From Oligoflexales bacterium (GTDB taxonomy: Bacteria > Bdellovibrionota_B > Oligoflexia > Oligoflexales > CAIYRB01), in the NCBI GenBank assembly GCA_041736175.1, contig JBGSUI010000056.1, positions 64,001 through 128,000 on the forward strand: a DNA stretch of 64,000 bases, read 5' to 3'. Each line of letters starts with the position of its first letter. Within the stretch, counting starts at the first letter, position 1. The notes beneath the pieces are model-generated. The model made no database searches and was not told the origin of the DNA. It saw only the letters and a program-made list of their open reading frames with translations. Of this stretch, positions 26,370 to 35,572 are shown piece by piece. A program made the position numbers and the translations under genes.

Positions 26370-28187
26370 TTATTTTTTCCCCGTGATGACCTGACGCAAG
26401 ATGTCTAGATTGTTAGCCACGATGGTTTGGTCAGCGGCCGTAAGATCGGGTTGGGGTGCGGCTGAGACCACGAGTCTGAGGGCATTAGTGATCTTGGCGA
26501 CCGTAGTAGCCCGTTGTTCTGGTGGGAGCTGGTTCTGGAGTTTGAGGATTTTAAGCCCTGTCTTTACCACATCACCCATAGACGAAATCCATTGGTTATC
26601 TTTGACTGGAATCGCCGTGGAAGTCAGTAGTTTGATCCCGTTGGTCATTCCTTGTTCAGCATAGAGTGCAGGGTTGCCAAAATCTCCATGGTTACAATCC
26701 CAGCGCAAATCCAGGTCTTCGTCGGTGCAAAAGGGGAGGACGGTTGAGGGCTCATTATTAAGGTAACTCCATTGGATTGCGGCCACGTCGTAGGAACCTG
26801 GTCCTTGGCGGTTGCTCCGCTCTTTGCGGGGTGCATAGTCCATGATGGAGGAGCTAAAGCCATAGTTATCAATGAGGGTCGAACCAGCAAAGTTATGTCT
26901 CAGTCCAAGATAGTGGCCGACTTCATGGGAAATCGTTTCTTCGTAGTAGCCTTCCATATAATCTGTAAATGACTGATTGGTGTTGGTGAAAAAGGGGATC
27001 ACTGGAGTTTCGCCGGACCTGCCGACAAAGGCAGTGTTTCCGAGGGTAAGCTCTGCCCGTGCGGCTGCTTCATATGAGTAGCTGACGATCCCTTGGTAAA
27101 TTTCTTCGAGTTTGTTGCCCATGATATAAACAGCTCCGCCCATAACAACACCTGTGTCAGGTTCCACAAGCATGCGCGCCACACCTGCCCACTGGATCGT
27201 TGTATCCGTACCATCGTACCATCGGACGACGTTGTATCTTGGGTCTCCCGCATCCATGGACTCGGGTGCGATCTTGACTTTGATCACATCTTTTCCGAAA
27301 GCTCGGTTCCAGCCAAGAAGAGCCCTGCGTGCAGTCTCCGTGTATTTCTCGGGCACGTCTTTGAGATAAAAAGTGATGGATCGGCTTTCCGGAGCATCAC
27401 TCCCTCCCGCTCCGGTCACCGGGGTGGGAACCCTTTGGATTTTTGAACCATCTTGGTCAAGCTGTCCACCGTCGAGGGTAGGGCCAAAGAAACCAAAATT
27501 TCGCTTGGCTCCCTCGGCGACTGTTTTGTTGTCTGCTGGAGGTGTGATTGATGTTTTCCGTTTCAGGAAAAGCCTGACAATGACTGTACCAAACGAAGGG
27601 TTTTCGTTTAGATAAACATTAAAAGACTTGTGGTCCAGCAGTCCTTGGGCCACCTTGTGCTCTAAGTCCACCACGAGGGTGTCTCGGTCCTGCTGGATGC
27701 CCACAACTTTAGGAGCACCTTGGCTGACCCAGTAGCCATTGATATCTTTAGAGGTGTCGATCCCCCCCTTGAGATCGAGCAACTGCCGGAGGCGCACATC
27801 ATTTCCGGCGCTTCCAAAGTCCACTTCCAGACCTTTAGGAGTCTCCTTGACTCCAAAGGACATCAACGTCATACCTGAGTCCCCATCATTGACCTGGAGA
27901 AGCGAGTCCTCAAGGGCTAGGGTCACATTGCGGGCTTCAAGGCTCATATCGAGAGCACTGGATAAAAATTTGCTGGTGTTGATGACGTTGGCACCAAAGA
28001 CAAAGACATCATTAAGGTCAGAGGACTCGAGGTAAGCATACCGTGCTGTATCAGCCCGGCTTTGGACCCACATCAGATCCGAGGCTGATTCCTTGGGCTG
28101 GGCGCCGCAGGACATCAAAAAGTAGGTAGCAAATCCTAAAAGGCATAGAGGGGCAAGTTTAGAAGTGGTGGTGGTTGGATTTCCCAT
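26370..28187 (-). CDS. Zinc-dependent metalloprotease lipoprotein (metzincin, EcxA/DUF4953-like)
   Basis: Lipobox LMSC; HEVGHYLGLRHN and Met-turn SSIMDY; GDPRYNVVRW. Confidence 0.85.
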   Translation of the reverse strand: MGNPTTTTSKLAPLCLLGFATYFLMSCGAQPKESASDLMWVQSRADTARYAYLESSDLNDVFVFGANVINTSKFLSSALDMSLEARNVTLALEDSLLQVNDGDSGMTLMSFGVKETPKGLEVDFGSAGNDVRLRQLLDLKGGIDTSKDINGYWVSQGAPKVVGIQQDRDTLVVDLEHKVAQGLLDHKSFNVYLNENPSFGTVIVRLFLKRKTSITPPADNKTVAEGAKRNFGFFGPTLDGGQLDQDGSKIQRVPTPVTGAGGSDAPESRSITFYLKDVPEKYTETARRALLGWNRAFGKDVIKVKIAPESMDAGDPRYNVVRWYDGTDTTIQWAGVARMLVEPDTGVVMGGAVYIMGNKLEEIYQGIVSYSYEAAARAELTLGNTAFVGRSGETPVIPFFTNTNQSFTDYMEGYYEETISHEVGHYLGLRHNFAGSTLIDNYGFSSSIMDYAPRKERSNRQGPGSYDVAAIQWSYLNNEPSTVLPFCTDEDLDLRWDCNHGDFGNPALYAEQGMTNGIKLLTSTAIPVKDNQWISSMGDVVKTGLKILKLQNQLPPEQRATTVAKITNALRLVVSAAPQPDLTAADQTIVANNLDILRQVITGKK

Positions 28188-28651
28188 AAAAGTTCCCCCT
28201 TTAATAAGGTCGATGCCGGTCTTCTTGGCCAGGTTGCAACTTATGCCGTCCTACCCTCGGGTCACCCGAGAGACAGCATTGGTCGACTGGCCAGTCAAAG
28301 TAGTTATAAACGTATCATGGGAACACTTCAAGAAAAATTATAGAAATATTAAAAAATCCATGTCAAAAACCCTGGTAAGATCCTCTTTGTACCTAAAAAT
28401 ATTAGTAAATAATCAAAATTCAGGCCCCCATCCGTCCCCGGCCAGCATCCCGCGGTAACAATCGTCTTGCGGGTTTCCACCTGCCTAGACTTCGCTCAGG
28501 GAAAATCTTTCGGACCCATGATGTCCCCGGTCTGGCAACGCGCCTAACACTAGATGATGTTTAATAAACAAAAAAAATGGATTATTCCTCCCCTTTGGCA
28601 AACCACTTGCATTGATTTGCCTATCGATCATCAACTTGGGAGGAGACACAA

Positions 28652-29491
28652 ATGGACCAGATGTTATCAAAGCAATCCTTAAACAACCAGGAATTATCTC
28701 GTAATGCCAATCAGCCTTTTGAATCCTTCGAAACTTTTGCAACACCTGGACAAATGCTTCCCGTCCTGGGCGGTGCCGCTAGGGCGATCCAGCCGATCGT
28801 CTCAGAAAGACGGGCTCTCCCTCGGCACCAGACTGACGAACAGATCCTTGGCGACGAGCAGTCCTTTATCGGAAGCAAACCATTGCCGGTGACGGGTGCT
28901 GCTCTTAAACGAATCATAGACTTTTTTGGTGCCCTTGTAGGCCTTCTGGTTCTCGCCCCCGTGATGGTTGGGGCAGCATTGGCGATCAAGTTAACAAGCA
29001 GGGGACCGATCTTTTTCAAACAAAAACGGCTTACCAAGGGGGGCGAAACCTTTAATATGTGGAAATTTCGCACTATGGTGGTCAACGCTGATCTCCTAAA
29101 GGATCTCCTAACCCAGCAAAACGAGATGTCGGGACCAGTCTTTAAAATGAAAAACGACCCAAGAATCACCCCGGTCGGAAGGATCCTGCGAAAATACAGC
29201 GTCGACGAGTTGCCCCAGCTGATCAATGTCCTGATTGGTGATATGAGCCTTGTGGGTCCCCGCCCTCCAGTCCACCGCGAAGTGGTCAAATATCGCCGTT
29301 GGCAGGCACGCCGCCTTACGGTTAAGACAGGATTGACCTGTATTTGGCAGATTAGTGGCAGAAACAATATTGATTTCGAGAACTGGATGCGCATGGACCT
29401 CCAGTACATAGACCAATGGAGTCTGTGGCTCGATGTCAAGATCTTGGTCAGGACAGTCGCCGTCGTTGTGAAAGGCGATGGCGCCTCGTGA
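28652..29491 (+). CDS. Priming sugar-phosphate transferase (bacterial sugar transferase family)
   Basis: KRIIDF, KFRTM, DPRIT.VG..LRKYSVDELPQL.NVL.GDMSLVGPRP. Confidence 0.95.
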   Translation: MDQMLSKQSLNNQELSRNANQPFESFETFATPGQMLPVLGGAARAIQPIVSERRALPRHQTDEQILGDEQSFIGSKPLPVTGAALKRIIDFFGALVGLLVLAPVMVGAALAIKLTSRGPIFFKQKRLTKGGETFNMWKFRTMVVNADLLKDLLTQQNEMSGPVFKMKNDPRITPVGRILRKYSVDELPQLINVLIGDMSLVGPRPPVHREVVKYRRWQARRLTVKTGLTCIWQISGRNNIDFENWMRMDLQYIDQWSLWLDVKILVRTVAVVVKGDGAS

Positions 29492-29568
29492 TCAAAAGAG
29501 GATACAATCATGGTCAGGATGTTTATGGGTCTAAGACTTTTTAACTCTGATCAACCAATTGTGAATAA

Positions 29569-30831
29569 GTGGTCAAAAATCTCATCTCACTAGCTATTTT
29601 TGGGGGTGTGCTCCTAGCTGGGTCTCTATGGCTCGAACGGAGCGCCGCTGGAGCTGTATGGACCAGCCAAGAGGCTTTCTCGCTCTTTGCCCAAGAAACC
29701 TCCCAATCTATTCACGTCAAGGCGGGGCAGCTGGGGGACTCTGGAAAAACTGTCGAGTCAAGCCTGCTGTCAAGGGTCGCCCTTGACCAAACGGTGGCCT
29801 GGTCGCCCATCCAGTCTCTTACCTTTAGTGAGTCGGTGGAGCGGGATCAAACCTTTGCTGGTCAAGAACGCCTGAAGAGCGGGCGATTTGTTTTGGCCTA
29901 TAAAAAGACTAGCCAGAGGTCGCGGACAGAGTTTTCTTTGGGAATGCAGGTCAGTCATGTGGTCGATCCATCGGCGACCTCCCTTGCGGTCCAATCGGAA
30001 CTTAGCCTTGCCACAGCATCAGCAGTGTGGCTTCGTTCCCAGAGTGCATCGGCGCTTTATGAATGGAAACTATCCCCTTCCCAAGGTCTCGTCAGTAAAT
30101 TAGAGGGCAGCCGTGCGACGGATCAGCTCCAGACCCGTCGTGCGATCGGCTTATCTATCGAAGGCTACCAGGCTCTTGATCCACTCACAATCTTTCGGTT
30201 GATGTCGGGGTATAAAATTGATCTCGACCCCAATGGCTATGAGGCGACCTCACTGCTTGGGACCTTTAATCGGATGATGACACGCCAATGGCAGGGTACC
30301 GCATCGATCGGAGTGGACCACATTAAACCTAATAACGTAGATTCTTTGCCGACACCCCAAACCCCGGAGGCCACGGCCACCACCCAAACCTTACAAACCC
30401 AGCAACAAGATGCCTCCACCTCCCTCCAAGGTCTCCTTGAAGCCTCAGGCCAATTTGGCCCCCAAACTCTGGTGCTATCGGCACGCCGTGGTCTGCAACG
30501 TCGGCCAGTCACGGATACCTTGATTCTTGCGGACAGCCTTACTGGGACCTGGACCGTTGCGTCGCGCGATAGGACCGAGACGCTGACCCTCGCGGCGAAT
30601 GCTGTTATGGAATCAGACCTCTTAGAGGTCGAGTCTGAAGCATCCCCATCCGATCAAACCTTGACCAGTCTTTTGGCAGAATACGGGCGCGCGTTGTTTA
30701 GCCAGAGGGTTGATGATCGGGCTGTGTTTGTGGACCGCATCTCACTGGGATTACGATTAGAAGACTTTTCCAGTAAAGTCCAGACTACAAACCGACGCGT
30801 AGCTCTCCTAGGATACCTCATCCAATTTTAA
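29569..30831 (+). CDS. Probable outer-membrane beta-barrel linked to EPS export
   Basis: Signal peptide, beta-strand pattern, C-terminal LGYLIQF beta-signal; lies between the sugar transferase and OPX genes. Confidence 0.55.
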   Translation: MVKNLISLAIFGGVLLAGSLWLERSAAGAVWTSQEAFSLFAQETSQSIHVKAGQLGDSGKTVESSLLSRVALDQTVAWSPIQSLTFSESVERDQTFAGQERLKSGRFVLAYKKTSQRSRTEFSLGMQVSHVVDPSATSLAVQSELSLATASAVWLRSQSASALYEWKLSPSQGLVSKLEGSRATDQLQTRRAIGLSIEGYQALDPLTIFRLMSGYKIDLDPNGYEATSLLGTFNRMMTRQWQGTASIGVDHIKPNNVDSLPTPQTPEATATTQTLQTQQQDASTSLQGLLEASGQFGPQTLVLSARRGLQRRPVTDTLILADSLTGTWTVASRDRTETLTLAANAVMESDLLEVESEASPSDQTLTSLLAEYGRALFSQRVDDRAVFVDRISLGLRLEDFSSKVQTTNRRVALLGYLIQF

Positions 30832-30866
30832 GAATTTCTACCGGATGATTGACACCACAAGGTGAG

Positions 30867-31526
30867 CTATTCTGCCAGGACGGTATCTCCCCGTTCTAAG
30901 ATAAAACTATCAAGGCTGTCATTGCCTTTGAGTAAATCCTGGTAAAGCACAAAATACCTTTCTGTTTTACCTGTGGGGTCTTTTCGGATGATGATAATAC
31001 GCTCCGAGGCATAGGGCGTTAAACCACCAGCCAAAGCCAGCCCTTTAAGCAAGGTGGTTTTTTCTTCTAATTGCACCGGTCCTACCCTGAGGACTTCACC
31101 TGCAAAGTATGCTTTATAGCTTTTCTTTTGGCCGACGGATACCATGACCCGCGGCTTGACCATATAGGACGAAAGCTGGCTTTCAATTTTCTGTTTGATC
31201 TCCTTTATCGTGGTTCCAGCTACAGTGATCTGGCCCCCAAGAGGGATGGTGATTTGGCCGTTTTCTTGGACGACCATTGTGGAGGTAAGGGATTCGTCGC
31301 CATGGACTTTGAGCATCAACTCATCGCCGCGGCCTATTTTGTAGTCACCTTGGTTGTCAAAGGTGAGTCCCGCGTTAGCACGAGTCAAAGGACGGGCTGG
31401 AATGGTTGTTTGGCATGCAAAGGTGAGGCACGCCGCTCCGAGAGCCAAGATGCTATGGATGGTAAAGGGCTTCATAGGAACAGACTCCAACTTAAAAAAA
31501 CGACTGTGTTGGCTATTATATAACAT
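30867..31526 (-). CDS. Polysaccharide export (OPX/Wza-like, short form) lipoprotein
   Basis: Lipobox FAC; YKIGRGDEL, G.ITIPLGG.I.VAG.T, SLBB GEV...LALAGGLT, LERGDTV; lacks the C-terminal OM helix of Wza. Confidence 0.9.
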   Translation of the reverse strand: MLYNSQHSRFFKLESVPMKPFTIHSILALGAACLTFACQTTIPARPLTRANAGLTFDNQGDYKIGRGDELMLKVHGDESLTSTMVVQENGQITIPLGGQITVAGTTIKEIKQKIESQLSSYMVKPRVMVSVGQKKSYKAYFAGEVLRVGPVQLEEKTTLLKGLALAGGLTPYASERIIIIRKDPTGKTERYFVLYQDLLKGNDSLDSFILERGDTVLAE

Positions 31527-31536
31527 AAGTCCTAGT

Positions 31537-32730
31537 TTAAGACGAAAGCTTTTGCGGATGTTCAGGCTCTAAATGGCGTCTTATGGTATCAGCAAGGGGG
31601 GCCACAGCCTTGACGGGTTTTAGAAACCGAATGTTTTTAGCTTTGGCACTTATGATCATCTGTTGTTTTTGGTGATCTGGCAAATTTTTTAGGATTTCCA
31701 TAAGATCCTCCCGTTGGAAGAACAGGGCATCCACTTGGTCTTCTAAATCAAATCCCCTGGCTCCGATTTTGGTGGTGAGAACGGGTAGATCTGCCGCAAT
31801 CATTTCGGCGAGCTTGATGCTGGTTCCAGAGCCATGGAAAATAGGGTTGATTGCCCAATCAGCAGCGGCAAAGTAGGGCTCAATCAAGTCCACTGGGCCT
31901 GTGGTGATCATGGTACTGGTTCGTAAGATGGTTTTAGTGACGCTCCCGCATACCAAAAAAATCAGCTGAAGGGATTCTAGCAAATTTTTATTTTTTTCAG
32001 AAAAATCCAAGAGAAATTGCAGCCCCTCTCCGTTGGGACCATAGGAGCTGGCGGCAAAAAACAGGATTTTTTGCTGGTCTCTCACCCCGAGTTGGTCGCG
32101 GATTTGTCTTCTGAGAGGGGACAAATGAGCAAACCGCTTCTCATTGATACAGTTTGGTATAAGGATGATTTTGGAAGGTTCGGTTATTTGCGAAAAAAAC
32201 AACCTCTCTTCTTCTGACGACACCGCCATAAAATGGGCGGCAGTGGCAGCCCTTTTTTCCCTTTTAAGGACCCATTGGGAAAAAATCTTGTTCAGCAGAC
32301 CACCTGCATAAAACAACCGATGCTCCACGTTATGGCTATTGAGGATGGTGAACTTTTGGGTGGTTTTGGATGCTGGCATCGCAAATGGAAAGTCATAAAT
32401 AACAAATTCAGACCAGTTTAAATCTTCTTTGAATTTCCTTTTGCCTTGTCCCCAAGATGCCCAAAAAGGTGGAGTATTGAGTTTGTAGCAAATCATCGCG
32501 AGGAGCCAAACAAATCTAGGACGGGCCACATACTCCAGGATTCCTGGTTCCCACCGTTGTGTTGAGGAACTTCGCCCCTTAAGCACATCCGCTTTTCTGC
32601 CGATCAGCGAATGGATCCTGATTTCGTGACCATTTAAAACCAGCCCTTCGGCCAACATCGCTGTGCGAAGAGTTCCTCCAGACTCGGGAGGAAAGACCTG
32701 AAGGGCAGAGACTATGAGGCAGCGTGCCAT
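31537..32730 (-). CDS. Glycosyltransferase family 4
   Basis: PPESGG.LR, HNVE, P...GSGTSIKLAEM.AA.LPVLTT..GARG. Confidence 0.88.
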   Translation of the reverse strand: MARCLIVSALQVFPPESGGTLRTAMLAEGLVLNGHEIRIHSLIGRKADVLKGRSSSTQRWEPGILEYVARPRFVWLLAMICYKLNTPPFWASWGQGKRKFKEDLNWSEFVIYDFPFAMPASKTTQKFTILNSHNVEHRLFYAGGLLNKIFSQWVLKREKRAATAAHFMAVSSEEERLFFSQITEPSKIILIPNCINEKRFAHLSPLRRQIRDQLGVRDQQKILFFAASSYGPNGEGLQFLLDFSEKNKNLLESLQLIFLVCGSVTKTILRTSTMITTGPVDLIEPYFAAADWAINPIFHGSGTSIKLAEMIAADLPVLTTKIGARGFDLEDQVDALFFQREDLMEILKNLPDHQKQQMIISAKAKNIRFLKPVKAVAPLADTIRRHLEPEHPQKLSS

Positions 32731-33526
32731 GGATGAATTCCACCAAAAAAAATTCCAAGGTCAACACATTAAAAAGATTCAAATTGGAAATACGCCATTC
32801 GATGTCCTCACCTTTGATCAGGTTGCAGACTATGCTGTGGCCTTGGCCAAGGAGCACCGGTTTCCCGCTTCCTATATAGTAACACCAAATGTGGATCATG
32901 TATTACGCCTTGCCAACCAACCAGAGTTAAAGCCGATCTATGAAAAGGCGGATCTCTCCCTAGCCGACGGCATGCCCGTGGTCTGGGCCTCGCAGATTGC
33001 AGGGGAACCACTTCCGGAAAGAGTGACCGGAGCCGATCTGCTGCCCGAACTGATCCGTCGCGCCCATGTCGAGGGGATGTCGGTCTTTTTGATGGGGGGG
33101 CCGCCAGGCTCCGCGGACCTGGCTATGGAAAGATTTATAGATCAGTTTCCTGGGCTTAAGATAGAGACCTACTGCCCACCCTTTGGTTTTGAAAAGGATC
33201 CTCTGGAAAATCAGCGATTGCTACGTGAGATCAATGATTTCTGTCCTGATTTTCTCTTTGTCGGCCTGGGGAGTCCTAAACAAGAAATTTGGATTTATGA
33301 AAATCGAAATCGACTCAAGGTTGGTCTTTGTCTCGGGATCGGCGCCGCCATTGAATTTGCAGCCGGGACCCTGGCCAGAGCCCCTTATTGGATGCAAAAG
33401 TCAGGTACCGAATGGATGTACCGACTTGCTATGGATCCAAAGAGGTTGGCCAAACGCTACTGGGGGAATATGGCCTTTTTGGGAGTTTTGGTCGATCAGC
33501 TTAAAAAACGTAAAAATATTAGGTAG
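32729..33526 (+). CDS. WecB/TagA/CpsF (WecG-like) glycosyltransferase
   Basis: VTPNVDH, ADG, ERVTGADL, VGLGSPKQE, RAP.WM...G.EW.YRL...PKRL..RY; start ATG 32729 or 32714. Confidence 0.92.
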   Translation: MDEFHQKKFQGQHIKKIQIGNTPFDVLTFDQVADYAVALAKEHRFPASYIVTPNVDHVLRLANQPELKPIYEKADLSLADGMPVVWASQIAGEPLPERVTGADLLPELIRRAHVEGMSVFLMGGPPGSADLAMERFIDQFPGLKIETYCPPFGFEKDPLENQRLLREINDFCPDFLFVGLGSPKQEIWIYENRNRLKVGLCLGIGAAIEFAAGTLARAPYWMQKSGTEWMYRLAMDPKRLAKRYWGNMAFLGVLVDQLKKRKNIR

Positions 33527-33656
33527 CTATATTGAATTCTACTCTTTTTGACCCATTGCGGGGTATTTAAAACAAAAAATTGTTTGACATGGCGATGGAA
33601 AAAGCTTAATCACAGTATTGCTTTTTACATATCTTTTCCCTGGAAGGGCTAAGTCC

Positions 33657-34865
33657 ATGCGTCATAAGTCAAACACTATTCATATAGTCACTCTGTTAAT
33701 CTCCAAAATCGTGTTTATTTCTTCGATCTCTGCGGGCTGCGGTTCAAAGACCCAAAGCGATCCTCTCGAAGTGTGGGACCAAGCAAACGACCCCGTGCAT
33801 TTTTCAGATTCCTACGCCCTGACCTTTGCCGATTTGCCCATAAGCGGTACCTCGGACATCATCCCCTGGAGCGACACCTATTGGCCCCATATTTTTGCTG
33901 GAATTTCGACTCGGTGGAATGGGGATTCTTTTGCCAGCCTTTTTGATTACCCCCTTTACACCAAAGAGCAAGTCGCCCAGCTCAGCCCTAAAAAACTCGC
34001 AGAGCTGTCGCCCGCCGAGAAATATGACCTCTATATGGGAAGCTATCAATATCCACTGGTTCACTCTGAACGGAGGCGTACCGCTGGAAATCACCCCGCC
34101 TGGGCTGGATTATGCCACGGCTGGGCGCCCGCGAGCCTTAACTTTAAAGAACCAAAATCAGTGCTTGTCACAAGTGAAGCTGGCGTCCAGATCCCTTTTG
34201 GCTCTTCGGATATCAAGGCGCTCCTCAGCCTCGTCCAAGGACACTATAGCAAAGCGCCTGCCAAATTTCTGGGTGGACGGTGTAATAGAGATCTTAAAAA
34301 AGACCCCATTTTTTCTAACGATCCAGAATGTAAAGATGTCAATGCAGCATCCTTTCACCTCGTGCTTACCAACGAACTGGGGATAGCAAAAAAAGGGATT
34401 ATCATGGATGCCACCCGTGACCTCCAGGTTTGGAACCAGCCGGTGTTTAAATTTGCGGCTCGGGTCGACGCCGAGCAGCCTGCCAGCCCTGGAGCAGCAC
34501 AAGGCACCATAAAAGAAGTGATCATCACCAACGAAGTAACCTATGGTGCAGAAAGTGTCGCCCAGTGGAATGCGGTGATCGGGACCGAGTATTTTAACTC
34601 AGTGACAGTCACCTATAAATACCGTCTAGAACTCGACATCGCCGGCCAGATCGTAGGTGGCGAGTGGCTTAGCACCGAGCGGCCTGATTTTCTTTGGGTC
34701 CAAGAACGAGCCAAGTTTACCGGGTATTTGGCTCTCGTGGAAACAATCTATAAGGAATCACTGAAATCAAAAGGGATTCCTAACCTGGCAAATGAACCGT
34801 CCGAGTCGCCTACGGAGCAAAGGACCTCTGTTGTATCGGAAACAGTTGAAAACGTGGTTCCATGA
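33657..34865 (+). CDS. Transglutaminase-elicitor family lipoprotein
   Basis: Lipobox SAGC; PWSDTYWP, SPAEKYD, WAGLCHGW (catalytic Cys), QVWNQPV, LELD..GQIVGGEW, PDFLW; ATG 33657 preferred to TTG 33618. Confidence 0.85.
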   Translation: MRHKSNTIHIVTLLISKIVFISSISAGCGSKTQSDPLEVWDQANDPVHFSDSYALTFADLPISGTSDIIPWSDTYWPHIFAGISTRWNGDSFASLFDYPLYTKEQVAQLSPKKLAELSPAEKYDLYMGSYQYPLVHSERRRTAGNHPAWAGLCHGWAPASLNFKEPKSVLVTSEAGVQIPFGSSDIKALLSLVQGHYSKAPAKFLGGRCNRDLKKDPIFSNDPECKDVNAASFHLVLTNELGIAKKGIIMDATRDLQVWNQPVFKFAARVDAEQPASPGAAQGTIKEVIITNEVTYGAESVAQWNAVIGTEYFNSVTVTYKYRLELDIAGQIVGGEWLSTERPDFLWVQERAKFTGYLALVETIYKESLKSKGIPNLANEPSESPTEQRTSVVSETVENVVP

Positions 34866-34891
34866 CCGTAACAAGAAACCAGGGACGAGAC

Positions 34892-35572
34892 TCAGTGGGC
34901 CTCGATTTCGGGTTTGAGGGTGCGGTCTAGGACACTGCGGTCGCTAATACGTACCACCATTTTACGTCTGACTTTGATCTCATAGCCAAACTGGTCAAAC
35001 TGCCTAAATACGAGTCTGGTCCACCCAAGGCCCGGATGGTACCAGGCAAAGATGTTGCGTCGATCGCGACAAACGAATTGATGTTGGTCTGCCCAGGAGA
35101 TCTTTTTTTTGATAAAACACCCATATTCTCGCGACAAGACTTGGATCACATGGGGGTAGAGGTCGGCAAAGGGGTAGGTTTTTGAGTGGTTTTCCACAAC
35201 GTAGATCTTAGAGTTGCCCCGTAGACCCAGGTAGCCCCCAAAAAATGGTTTTATATTATCGAGAAAGTGGACATAGGCCGGAAAGGCAGGAACCATATAC
35301 TGTATTTCTATAGGCTCAAGGGATTTGCTTGCGAGTCTATTTTCTGAGCGTGGTCTTAGCGGAAGGCGAGCTAAGGTGGTTAAGGGCAGGATCCTATCAA
35401 AGGCAAGTTCTTGCCAGGGAAGCGCGTTAAGCTTGTCGTCGCCCTCTCCGTTGTCGAGATCTTCGTTTTCTAGCTCCGGCTCGCCCGTATGGATACGCCA
35501 CTTTTGGCAGTTTAGGTTGAGCCCCAGAAGCAATAGGGTGCAAAAAAGGTTGGTAAATGATTTAAAAATCAT
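34892..35572 (-). CDS. Hypothetical exported protein/lipoprotein
   Basis: 226 aa; hydrophobic N-terminus ending in Cys; ATGA overlap with the cyclase gene. Confidence 0.6.
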   Translation of the reverse strand: MIFKSFTNLFCTLLLLGLNLNCQKWRIHTGEPELENEDLDNGEGDDKLNALPWQELAFDRILPLTTLARLPLRPRSENRLASKSLEPIEIQYMVPAFPAYVHFLDNIKPFFGGYLGLRGNSKIYVVENHSKTYPFADLYPHVIQVLSREYGCFIKKKISWADQHQFVCRDRRNIFAWYHPGLGWTRLVFRQFDQFGYEIKVRRKMVVRISDRSVLDRTLKPEIEAH

